This document shows positions 10,601 through 17,725 of a stretch of 43,410 nt of DNA, piece by piece (positions within the stretch are counted from its first letter, which is position 1; each line of letters begins with the position of its first letter). Source of the DNA: Candidatus Thalassarchaeaceae archaeon (GTDB taxonomy: Archaea; Thermoplasmatota; Poseidoniia; Poseidoniales; Thalassarchaeaceae); the NCBI GenBank assembly GCA_029942125.1, contig JAPYUB010000002.1, positions 1-43,410 on the forward strand. The letters run 5' to 3'. Below the pieces are notes generated by a model, which saw only the letters and a program-made list of their open reading frames with translations, had not been told where the DNA came from and did not search any database. The position numbers and the translations under genes are program-made.

Positions 10601-13600
10601 TCGATGAAGGTGAACTTGGCTGAATAATTGGCGATTCCTCTATTTCAGGTTCTGATACAGGTGTTGACTCAAGCGGGGTAGAAGGAACGACGGTAGATGC
10701 ACCACCGCCAAGATAGGCAATCATGTGATTGAGCGTGGGATGATTGCTCAAAACAAATGATTCGTCCACTGGCAATCCATAGAAATCACGAAGTTCAGCC
10801 ATGATTTCTGCCTGTTTCACTGTATCGATTCCAAGTTCGCCCTCAAGGTCCTGATCCAATTCAATGAAATCCTCAGGATACCCGGTATGTTTGACAACGA
10901 CGGAGATTACTTTGGCGGATACATCATCGGAAGGCGGGGGGCTCTCCAGTTCAATCACTTCCTCGGTTACACTGGGTTCGGGTTGAGGGGGAGTAATAGA
11001 TTCTGCTAGGGGACTAGAGGGTTTTTTCCCCCTCACAAACGTCGACCAAGGGTCCCCCTGAACTCCACCGATGATCATCTCATCGGGATTGATGAAAGCG
11101 ACAAGTTTGCGCTGCAATATTCGCAGATCTGCAGTGCCACCACCTGCCTTCGATGCCCACTCAGCCACACGTTCACGATCCACTCTATCAAGGGTCGTTG
11201 CGATGCGTTTGAACATGCAAAAGGCCATCTGAGAACCAAAACCAGCACCATGTCTTACAACGTACTCAACGTCTACAGGACCGCCGGTAGAAAGACGAAG
11301 GTCGCCCAATTCGGGATCGGGTTCTTTGAAATTGGCAATAGGAGGGAATTCACCTTGACAAAGTCCGCGAATTGAAACCGCATCTTCAATTCCTGTAGCC
11401 ATTGGATGGCCTGTGAATCCTTTCGTATTCGTGATGATAACCTTTGATGCACTATCACCAAAGGTCCGACGCAGTGCTTGAATCTCAGCCGCGGCAGAGC
11501 CACCACGAGGAGGAGTGGCCGGTTCATGAGACATGAAAGAGGTTCGAGAAGAAATCGTATGACGATTCAACCCCCAATCGCGTTCCATCTTGCTGATGAA
11601 TGTGTCTAATGAGTCGGACACATGTTCAACATCAAGTCTGGTGGGATGGAATGCAGAATTGGCAAGATGCGCCCCTAGAAGTTCTACATACGGAGTGACG
11701 CCCCTCTCCATAGCGAGACTATTTCGTTCTAGAACGAAGGCAGCAGCACCCATTCCAGTCAACATTCCGCTTCGACGTGCATCGAATGGGACGCTCACTT
11801 CTTCCACGACATTTCCCATTGCATGGGCTCCAGCAGCAGTGAATCCAGGACCAAACCATGTCATCATCTCATCACTGCTTACATCATCAGCACTGATGAT
11901 AATAATGCGGTCACAGCGTCCGGTTGTCAGCCAATCTTCCGCGATTGCAATTGCTGATGGTGTTGAGGCGCAGGCATTATTTATTGCAGTGTTCGGACCT
12001 CGAGCACCGATCAATTGTGCGAATTGTGAATGACCCATGGTGAGAACCTGCAGAAGGAAACGGCGATCGAAATTTCCTTTCTCATCTGCACCATTGTTCT
12101 GTGCATGACGCATTGCTTGCTCAATACCAGGGAAACATGAAGCGAAGATGACACCAGTTCGGTCACGTTCTGATTCAGGGAGATGCCAATGCTGAATGTG
12201 ACGCTTGCCGGCTTTGTTGACCTGTTCGACTGCAATCAAAGGTAAACCTGCATCCTTGAGTGCTTCAAGTCCTGCTGCGATGGCCAAAGATGTCGTGATG
12301 TCCATAGCTTCAACAATCTTTGAATCCACACCGTATTGCTCTGCCAAATCGAAATGACCCTTGCGGCCAGCGAGTTGTGGAATCTGACTGAAATCATTGC
12401 AGGGAACAAATTCTGCAGAACCATCGGCGTGCTTGATTATTCGAACTATGTTGCGTTCCAAAAGACGTTGTTTGAGATCCTCTGAGAGTTCTGAAATAAA
12501 ATTCTCTCCGCGAATGATTCGATCAAGTGAATCCGGTGCGAAAACTTCCTCCATTCCGGGCAGGCCCAGACTGATACCACTGAAAACGAAAGGATTGTTT
12601 CGGCGGACCGCCATTGGATCAGTTTGGAGTCCGGCTGAGTGTATTGTGGACCCCTGAACAAGGACAGGTGAACCTAGGGGAACTTCATCCAACCATTCAA
12701 CCAATGCGGGAAGTGTCGTTGCATCTGTGTTGCCTTTGACTCGATAATTGGATTGAATCTTCTGATAGATTTCAGAAATCTTCTCTACACTCAATCCGAT
12801 AGTCTCTAAATCGGTTGAACCATGAATCATCCTTACAGGGAATCCGCTAACCTCCGAAACAATATTTGCGATTGCGGATTCCTTCAATTTGCGACTCGCC
12901 TCATCCTGCTCTTCATCACTAAGAACTGGGTATGGCATATCTTGTAGGGTAGCTGTGTTGCCAATTCCCGCTGTTCCGGCAATGGGCACAACGACGGGTG
13001 TTGAGATCCGAACTCCAGCTTTGAAGGCATCAGTCAAAACATCGCTATCGGCCTCTGGCATCTTTGGAATACGGCCAGAGAGGGCGTGGACAGCGAGGGC
13101 AGCATGGAAAGAGGCGATGCCACCCACCTTGGGATGATTCGTGTTGGCGACAAGTTTCGGTTTGTTTTCGAATATCTGTTCTGCGAACAAAGCGAGGGCA
13201 CGCTTGGGGCCGACTTCGACGAACAAACGCGCACCCCCATCATACATTGTCTCCATCTGTTGAATCCATTCAACAGCAGAAGCCATCTGAGGAGCAAGTT
13301 TGGCTAGAATGGCTTGCTTTGGGCTGCTGCCAGCGGGAGCAACATTCGGATACCAACCTCCATCGAAATTGGATGTGATTGGAATTTGGGGTAATCGAAT
13401 ATCCAATCCTTCAAGGAAATGGCGCAACGGCTCATTCGCCGGTGCAACTATTTGAGAATGGAAGGCGTGACTGGTCTGTAATTGTACACACGGAGTACCT
13501 GCTTCACCAAATGCCTTCATGACGCGTTTCATCGACTCTGTCTCACCGGCAATGACGGTCATTTTTGGACTGTTCTTATTGGCCGCAATGACGTAACCAT

Positions 13601-15950
13601 CCTCCGCTTCCAATACCGCTACAATCTGTTCAAACGGAGCCGAGACCGAGGCCATAATCCCACAATCTGGAACCTCGACGCTGCCCATTTCAGTGCCCCG
13701 GGCAGCCACAGCACGAAGGGCTGAATCAAAATCGAGAATATCGGCAACCATCAAGGCAGCATATTCACCCAACGAATGGCCAGCAACCATGTCCGGTTCA
13801 AGCCCATGCGCCTTCATCAAACGATGCAGGCTTAGATCGGCAGTGAGCATGGCCGGTTGAGTATATTCTGTCTGTTTGAGTTTGAATTCAGCTTCCTTCT
13901 TTTCATCATCAGAGAGATTTTCACGAAGAACGAAAGATGACAGAGTTTCACCATCAAGAACTTCAATCATAGTCTGATCCGCTTCATCCCATGTTTCTCC
14001 AATGCATCGATATCGTTTGGACAGGTCGTGGGTCATGCCAACGTATTGGCTGCCTTGACCAGGATAAAGATGAGCGACCTTGGCCTGTTCTGGCAATGGA
14101 GCCGTGTCTGTAATCATCACCATTTGCTTGGCCAAGAAATCCCATTTCGAACGGTCATCAATCGAACTTTCTAACAAATCGAAGCGCTTTGAGAGTTGAG
14201 CCCAATCATTGGCCACTATAGCACATCTAATGCCTTCGGCAACATATCCCTTACTCGCCTCTGGCAAGGCCTTGGAAAGACGCTTGCCCTGTGGATTATC
14301 ATCGAAATTTGAACCACTGAAAAGTTCACCACGGATGGTTGATAATATTATTTTCAGAGCATCTAAATCAGGTGCATTCGCCAGTAGAACCCCTCCTTCA
14401 ATCTCCTTGAGTTCATAATGTGATAATGAGGCCGTGGAAGCGATTGAGTTCGGGGCCGATGCACCAGGATTCAACCAAGCATCTCGACGTGCATCAAATT
14501 CGTTCGCGAGAAGAGAATGGAAATCTCGATCGTAGGCTTCCAAAGCACAGTGGAAATTCGTTCCTCCGAAACCGAAGGAGGAGACTCCCGCTCGCCGAGG
14601 ATGGCCGCTCGGAGTAGCCCACGGCTTGGACTCAGTAGGAACATAGAATGGATTCTGAGTCCAATCGATGTTTTCATTGGGTGTGGAGAAACCCGCACTA
14701 GGTGGAATCGTAGCTGTATCGACGGCTCGAATAGCCTTGACCAAACCGGCAATGCCAGCCGCTGCTTTGAGATGTCCAATCTGACTCTTAATCGAGCCCA
14801 CAGCAACGGTCTGCCCAGCAGGAATGTTGTCGAAAGCAGTAGACAAACTGGCCATCTCAGTGGCATCACCAACCACTGTAGAGGTCCCGTGGGCTTCAAT
14901 CAACTCGACGGTTGAAGATTCGTAGCCAGCCTGCATATATGCACGACTGACTGCTTGAACTTGACCACGGGTACTCGGTGCAGTTATGCCTTTTCCACGG
15001 CCATCGCTACTCGCACCGACGCCACGGATGACGGCTTGAATTGAATCATCATCTCGAATAGCATCCGAGAGGCGTTTCAGGGTTAGGGCGCCGGATCCTT
15101 CACCCATGACGAAGCCATTTGCCTTGGTATCAAATGGTGTGGAGTGAGTCGCTGATAGAGCACCGATGGCGCTGAATTTTGCAAAGGTTGAAGGATCCAT
15201 CGTGCGGTCGCTGGCTCCTGCAATCATCATGTCTACTTGGCGTGTCTGTAGTAATCGACAGGCATCAAGAATCGCAGCGAAGGTGGAAGCACAGGCAGCA
15301 TCTGTCGAATAATTAGGGCCTTGTAAATCAAGGAGATTGGCGACCCTCCCCGACACGACATTGGCGAGTTCACCCGGCATCGTATCTTCTGTAACAAGAG
15401 GAAGGCCAGCGAGAATAGCTTCCTTGAACGCGGTCTTTCCTTCATTGGGCATCCCTCCAGCTTCAACTGCGTGACGTGCGAACTGGTCGGCCCACACTCG
15501 GTGGTTGGATAAATTACGATTCTCACCGCCGAGGGCGTTTGCAAAGATGACGCCGGTTCTAGCCTTCGGCAATTCGCGAGCACCTTCACCCATGTATCCT
15601 GCATCTTCCAAGGCTGCCGCACTAACGGTCACAGCCCACAATTGGGTCGGATCAATCTGGGGCAGTGATCCAGGTGGAATTCTCCAGCGTCGCCAGTCGA
15701 ATTCGAATTCTTCGACCCATCCACCGATTTTTGAGTAAGTTTTGTTCTCATCGACATTCTTTGGCCCACCTTCCATCCAAAAGTCTGAGGATATCCAACG
15801 ATTATCAGGGACTTCCTTGAGTGATATTCTTGCTGACAAGATGTTCTCCCAGAATGCGTGAACATCGGGTGCATCCGGCAGCAATGCTGCGACACCGATG
15901 ATGGCAATTGGTTCAAACGGATCCTGTGGAGGTTCGTCAAGAATTGTCAA
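7659..15950 (-). CDS. Type I PKS / PUFA-synthase (PfaA/HglE)-like megasynthase, 2763 aa: KS - AT(malonyl) - ACP-like - KS - ACP - ACP - KR - DH
   Basis: A single uninterrupted ORF. Domain motifs were read directly from the translation (see domain entries). The start is TTG at 15950, preceded by GAGG and only 9 nt after the fabI stop. There is no in-cis ER or TE domain. Confidence 0.95.
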   Translation of the reverse strand: MTILDEPPQDPFEPIAIIGVAALLPDAPDVHAFWENILSARISLKEVPDNRWISSDFWMEGGPKNVDENKTYSKIGGWVEEFEFDWRRWRIPPGSLPQIDPTQLWAVTVSAAALEDAGYMGEGARELPKARTGVIFANALGGENRNLSNHRVWADQFARHAVEAGGMPNEGKTAFKEAILAGLPLVTEDTMPGELANVVSGRVANLLDLQGPNYSTDAACASTFAAILDACRLLQTRQVDMMIAGASDRTMDPSTFAKFSAIGALSATHSTPFDTKANGFVMGEGSGALTLKRLSDAIRDDDSIQAVIRGVGASSDGRGKGITAPSTRGQVQAVSRAYMQAGYESSTVELIEAHGTSTVVGDATEMASLSTAFDNIPAGQTVAVGSIKSQIGHLKAAAGIAGLVKAIRAVDTATIPPSAGFSTPNENIDWTQNPFYVPTESKPWATPSGHPRRAGVSSFGFGGTNFHCALEAYDRDFHSLLANEFDARRDAWLNPGASAPNSIASTASLSHYELKEIEGGVLLANAPDLDALKIILSTIRGELFSGSNFDDNPQGKRLSKALPEASKGYVAEGIRCAIVANDWAQLSKRFDLLESSIDDRSKWDFLAKQMVMITDTAPLPEQAKVAHLYPGQGSQYVGMTHDLSKRYRCIGETWDEADQTMIEVLDGETLSSFVLRENLSDDEKKEAEFKLKQTEYTQPAMLTADLSLHRLMKAHGLEPDMVAGHSLGEYAALMVADILDFDSALRAVAARGTEMGSVEVPDCGIMASVSAPFEQIVAVLEAEDGYVIAANKNSPKMTVIAGETESMKRVMKAFGEAGTPCVQLQTSHAFHSQIVAPANEPLRHFLEGLDIRLPQIPITSNFDGGWYPNVAPAGSSPKQAILAKLAPQMASAVEWIQQMETMYDGGARLFVEVGPKRALALFAEQIFENKPKLVANTNHPKVGGIASFHAALAVHALSGRIPKMPEADSDVLTDAFKAGVRISTPVVVPIAGTAGIGNTATLQDMPYPVLSDEEQDEASRKLKESAIANIVSEVSGFPVRMIHGSTDLETIGLSVEKISEIYQKIQSNYRVKGNTDATTLPALVEWLDEVPLGSPVLVQGSTIHSAGLQTDPMAVRRNNPFVFSGISLGLPGMEEVFAPDSLDRIIRGENFISELSEDLKQRLLERNIVRIIKHADGSAEFVPCNDFSQIPQLAGRKGHFDLAEQYGVDSKIVEAMDITTSLAIAAGLEALKDAGLPLIAVEQVNKAGKRHIQHWHLPESERDRTGVIFASCFPGIEQAMRHAQNNGADEKGNFDRRFLLQVLTMGHSQFAQLIGARGPNTAINNACASTPSAIAIAEDWLTTGRCDRIIIISADDVSSDEMMTWFGPGFTAAGAHAMGNVVEEVSVPFDARRSGMLTGMGAAAFVLERNSLAMERGVTPYVELLGAHLANSAFHPTRLDVEHVSDSLDTFISKMERDWGLNRHTISSRTSFMSHEPATPPRGGSAAAEIQALRRTFGDSASKVIITNTKGFTGHPMATGIEDAVSIRGLCQGEFPPIANFKEPDPELGDLRLSTGGPVDVEYVVRHGAGFGSQMAFCMFKRIATTLDRVDRERVAEWASKAGGGTADLRILQRKLVAFINPDEMIIGGVQGDPWSTFVRGKKPSSPLAESITPPQPEPSVTEEVIELESPPPSDDVSAKVISVVVKHTGYPEDFIELDQDLEGELGIDTVKQAEIMAELRDFYGLPVDESFVLSNHPTLNHMIAYLGGGASTVVPSTPLESTPVSEPEIEESPIIQPSSPSSTAVAAKVISVVVKHTGYPEDFIELDQDLEGELGIDTVKQAEIMAELRDFYGLPVDESFVLSNHPTLNHMIAYLDQGDQYTEEVATIDEPSVVSEPEPPSPEIKPESTGVRRWQVEAEDVQPEATTPLDIDGKVIAVTDDPWGVADTLCHILEAAGIDTVRIMLDPSIVSKIKIEKDGPVDIVRVDPGNHDQLAEVSAHLAKIGDVVALLHLSPLRLAGVGWESETQQVQLTSTTHGLFGLLKSLDSHFNSITDGTVMSVSAMDGRHGNSSSRFNALAAGAHGIVKSYAKEKPHIRCRAVDVDPELLSNPTALAHQIWAEAFGRVSPLEVGLSRDGNRWALRLYEENLTEEISALESDDVWIVSGGGSGVTARCIVGVAEASPNAGATFILLGRTRLDASIEEWLEDDESTLENRKMELREEMIAQSESGQVTMVEWNSEWDKHLRSLEIHQTILDIQATGNRALYDACDVTNSKSVSKVLSAVREEFGPITGVVHGAGLEDSKLVADKSWETFSKVISVKIDGWRALIDAIGDELDQLRVMCAFTSVAGRFGNGGQVDYAAANNILDAEMCRIAHHEDAPRAVAIAWSGWRDVGMATRGSVESVFLQAGIETIPVETGVEIFVQEMLAGGKRRVVAAGALGILDDEGCKRAPPQKFPTDTAGAMAETERFPFVDRIITHEPYSEIVTECTLSTERFPFLIDHSIDGTPYHPGVMAMEMFAQSALLLYPMCNLEGFSDVKFGLPIKLMKEEARVRVKVEFNGQDHNSLTLRCHIESDLVNSKGEIFGEPRIHHEALVRLLKEGASRNAKISFTDSPGRGNASFQPSFIYDRFFHGPRFQVHGGLIKGISDRDNMGADGIALLRNQLPNSQLFQEEPVLLESLPMLIEACFQNAGLVAMEVDGISSLPIGIEECEILKIPAKRDDLRVRSYRRGQEDGGVTIHDAVVFDRNQKPIISLTGLRLKGMAPVPDEMRFNLKRKKK
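7701..8603 (-). other. Megasynthase domain: PKS-type dehydratase, double hotdog (aa ~2450-2750)
   Basis: FLIDH(2485)SIDGTPYHPGVMAME fits the HxxxGxxxxP motif, and the second hotdog carries LIEACFQNAG (DxxxQ-like). Confidence 0.8.
8691..10208 (-). other. Megasynthase domain: ketoreductase, structural plus catalytic subdomains (aa ~1915-2420)
   Basis: The Rossmann motif is VSGGGSGVTA (aa 2146-2155). It is followed by VVHGAGLEDS and the catalytic GQVDY(2342)AAANN (PKS KR YAAAN motif). Confidence 0.85.
10383..10598 (-). other. Megasynthase domain: ACP copy 2 (aa ~1785-1856), Thr at the attachment position
   Basis: Identical in sequence to copy 1. Thr1819 is the ACA codon at 10494..10496. Confidence 0.85.
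10384..10916. repeat. Two 206-bp perfectly identical direct repeats (10384..10589 and 10711..10916), period 327 bp, encoding the tandem ACPs
   Basis: A base-by-base comparison of the two stretches shows no mismatch. The 121-bp linker between them is unique. Confidence 0.95.
10710..10925 (-). other. Megasynthase domain: ACP copy 1 (aa ~1676-1747), Thr at the attachment position
   Basis: The sequence is AKVISVVVKHTGYPEDFIELDQDLEGELGIDT(1710)VKQAEIMAELRDFYGLPVDESFVLSNHPTLNHMIAYL. It aligns residue for residue with LGxDS(L/I)xxVE of ACPs, but the codon at 10821..10823 is ACA (Thr). Confidence 0.85.
11202..12596 (-). other. Megasynthase domain: ketosynthase 2, divergent (aa ~1119-1583)
   Basis: NNAC(1327)ASTPSAI keeps the Cys, so it is not a CLF-type Gln. 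The first His motif is divergent, SH(1475)EPATPPRGG instead of HGTGT. The second is GFTGH(1515)PMATG, and the C-terminus is GAGFGSQ. Confidence 0.75.
12681..12923 (-). other. Megasynthase domain: degenerate ACP-like four-helix segment (aa ~1010-1090)
   Basis: The pattern AIANIVSEVSGFPVRMIHGSTDLETIGLS(1054)VEKISEIYQKI...LPALVEWL follows ACP helix spacing. The site reads GLS rather than G-x-D-S. Confidence 0.4.
13146..14078 (-). other. Megasynthase domain: acyltransferase, malonyl-type (aa ~625-935)
   Basis: YPGQGSQYVGM, the active site GHS(726)LGEYAAL, and the HAFHS motif (HAFH is associated with malonyl specificity). Confidence 0.85.
14535..15914 (-). other. Megasynthase domain: ketosynthase 1 (aa ~13-472)
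   Basis: The catalytic triad motifs are YSTDAAC(220)AS, EAH(354)GTSTVVGD and IGH(393)LKAAAG, followed by the C-terminal GFGGTNFH. Confidence 0.9.
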
Positions 15951-15959
15951 TATCTCGCC

Positions 15960-16751
15960 TCAGTCACTAATACTATCTGGAACCATCGTGCTGGAATATC
16001 CAGCATCGACGTGGATTACTTGTCCTGTCACGCCGGATCCAAGCGAGCTGGATAGCCAAACTGCACAACCTGCAACGTCGTTCTGATTGACATTACGTCG
16101 CAGTGGTGAATTGCGTTCTACATGGTTGAGAATATCATCGAATCCCGGAATACCACTAGCTGCCAAGGTTCGAATTGGTCCAGATGATATTGCATTGACA
16201 CGATGACCATCCTCACCAACCCGCATAGCCAATTCACGAACCCATGCCTCAAGAGCAGCCTTGGCAATGCTCATGACACCATAATTGGGAACATAACGTG
16301 TGCTGGCAGCATACGTCAGGGTGACTGTGGATGAATTCGGACCGAGATGAGGGAGGGCATGACGCATCACGCGTTGCAGGGAGTGAGCCGAGATTGTCAT
16401 CGCGATGTTGAGGGCTTCCTCTTCGACGAACAGCATATGTCGATCAAAACATTCCTTCGGTGCGAATCCGATAGCATGGATGACGATGTCGGCCTTGGAT
16501 CCAGGTGCGGCCTTCTGCCATTCATGGAAAAATTCGGTTGTGGTCTCTTCGGAGGCAACATCGATTGGGTAGAATGCTTCAATCGCCTCAAGTTTGTCCT
16601 TGAGTTGGAAAACACGGCTCATGAATCGCTTCTGATATCCGAGTATGAGTTTGCAACCGGCCTCCGCCAAACTATTGCAAATTGCCCAAGCGATTGAATC
16701 CTCAGAGGCAACGCCGAAGACCAGTGCAGTTTTTCCTTCAAGTTGCAGCAT
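15960..16751 (-). CDS. fabI: Enoyl-[acyl-carrier-protein] reductase, FabI type (SDR)
   Basis: The N-terminus is LEGKTALVFGVASEDSIAWAI. The Y-x6-K catalytic motif is NYGVMSIAKAALEAW, followed by NAISSGPIRTLAASG. 263 aa with an ATG start. Confidence 0.9.
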   Translation of the reverse strand: MLQLEGKTALVFGVASEDSIAWAICNSLAEAGCKLILGYQKRFMSRVFQLKDKLEAIEAFYPIDVASEETTTEFFHEWQKAAPGSKADIVIHAIGFAPKECFDRHMLFVEEEALNIAMTISAHSLQRVMRHALPHLGPNSSTVTLTYAASTRYVPNYGVMSIAKAALEAWVRELAMRVGEDGHRVNAISSGPIRTLAASGIPGFDDILNHVERNSPLRRNVNQNDVAGCAVWLSSSLGSGVTGQVIHVDAGYSSTMVPDSISD

Positions 16752-16762
16752 GAAACCACTTT

Positions 16763-16834
16763 CAGCCCTATGGGCTGTGGGCTTCGACCGCCGACAGGTT
16801 TTGAGGGTGCCCCTCAGAAGTGACCCTACGGGTC
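16763..16834 (-). other. Structured intergenic spacer: three short GC hairpins between the TatD-like gene and fabI
   Basis: On the minus strand these read GACCC-GTA-GGGTC (16822..16834, the TAG stop sits in the loop), GAGGG-GCA-CCCTC (16803..16815) and CAGCCC-ATA-GGGCTG (16763..16777). I saw no clear TATA box in this 74-nt gap. Confidence 0.4.
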
Positions 16835-17725
16835 AAATTCACCATATAGTGAACTGGGCCAGACATATTGAACATTGTGCATCAATTCTGCAATGTACTC
16901 TGGATTTTCGTGCTCAAGCATTGAAGATACGAGGGCATGGGTGCGTTTCGGCACGGTTTTCGGGCCGAGGACTGCTCCAGGGCGAGAAAGGTCATCCAGA
17001 TAGTCGGTCTCCATGGTCCAAGTAGACGAACAATGTCGATGTGTTTCCAACAATGTTGACAAGCAATCTTTGCCCATGCTGACTGATGATGACAAACCAT
17101 GCGTGAACAAAGAACTGACATCGGCTGGAGCATAATGGTGAACTGCACGTTTGCGTTCCAAACCGGAACGATCACAGATGGCAGCCAATTCTGCATTGGT
17201 TTGCGCTCCATTATCCTCGACGTGTAATTGAATTGGCACACCTGCCTTAGAGGCCATGTGCATGACTATCTCCAATTGTTCATTGGCAGCACCCCAGATC
17301 TCATCTGACACAGGATAATGGGGGCGGCCAACTTCACCCAAAGCAACAGCATCACCTTCCGCACAATATTCCAACGCCAGTGCCACCGAATCGATATGAA
17401 GTTGAGTTGCACTCTCAATGCCTAGAATGTGAATCTGTTTCTCCCAGACAACAGGGTGAGGACCAAGGATTACACGAACATCGATTCCAACCTCTCGGCG
17501 AACTGCATCCGCCATATCCAATGTACCGATGTAGGCTTGTTTGACGGCGTCAAGAGATTCAGGTAATTTGTTGGGGAACCCGGGCTTGTGAACCAAGCAA
17601 AAATGTGTGCCACCTGCATTGGCAAAATCCTGCGCCGCGGCGAGCCCTCGAGCGTTAATATCCAGATGTAGATGAGTATCCCAAATGGGGCCGGTCCATC
17701 GACCCTCGACGATTGTCATGTGCAT
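16826..17725 (-). CDS. TatD-related metal-dependent hydrolase (TIM-barrel amidohydrolase fold)
   Basis: The HxH motif is WDTHLHLD, with later GEVGRPHYP, IQLHVED and HHYAPAD. ATG 17725 overlaps the upstream stop as TGATG. Confidence 0.7.
   Translation of the reverse strand: MHMTIVEGRWTGPIWDTHLHLDINARGLAAAQDFANAGGTHFCLVHKPGFPNKLPESLDAVKQAYIGTLDMADAVRREVGIDVRVILGPHPVVWEKQIHILGIESATQLHIDSVALALEYCAEGDAVALGEVGRPHYPVSDEIWGAANEQLEIVMHMASKAGVPIQLHVEDNGAQTNAELAAICDRSGLERKRAVHHYAPADVSSLFTHGLSSSVSMGKDCLSTLLETHRHCSSTWTMETDYLDDLSRPGAVLGPKTVPKRTHALVSSMLEHENPEYIAELMHNVQYVWPSSLYGEFDP

Noticed and set aside
7659-15950. Numerous 60-150-aa ORFs on the plus strand and in alternative minus frames inside the megasynthase gene (for example 10000..10371, 11590..12033, 14517..14915, 15233..15622).
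   Set aside because: They are fully embedded in a 2763-aa ORF with intact catalytic motifs. Their products are Ser/Arg/Pro-rich and low complexity, as expected of shadow ORFs. The same applies to ORFs embedded in the giant surface-protein gene and the 883-aa gene.
6860-16751. The PKS/FabI/PPTase block as simple bacterial contamination or mis-binning.
   Set aside because: It is physically contiguous with archaeal core genes on both sides. It shares the same start-codon and Shine-Dalgarno habits (TTG/GTG starts, GGTGA/GAGG motifs, 4-9 nt gene spacing) as its neighbours. A chimeric assembly can only be excluded with read-level data, so this remains a stated caveat rather than a firm rejection.
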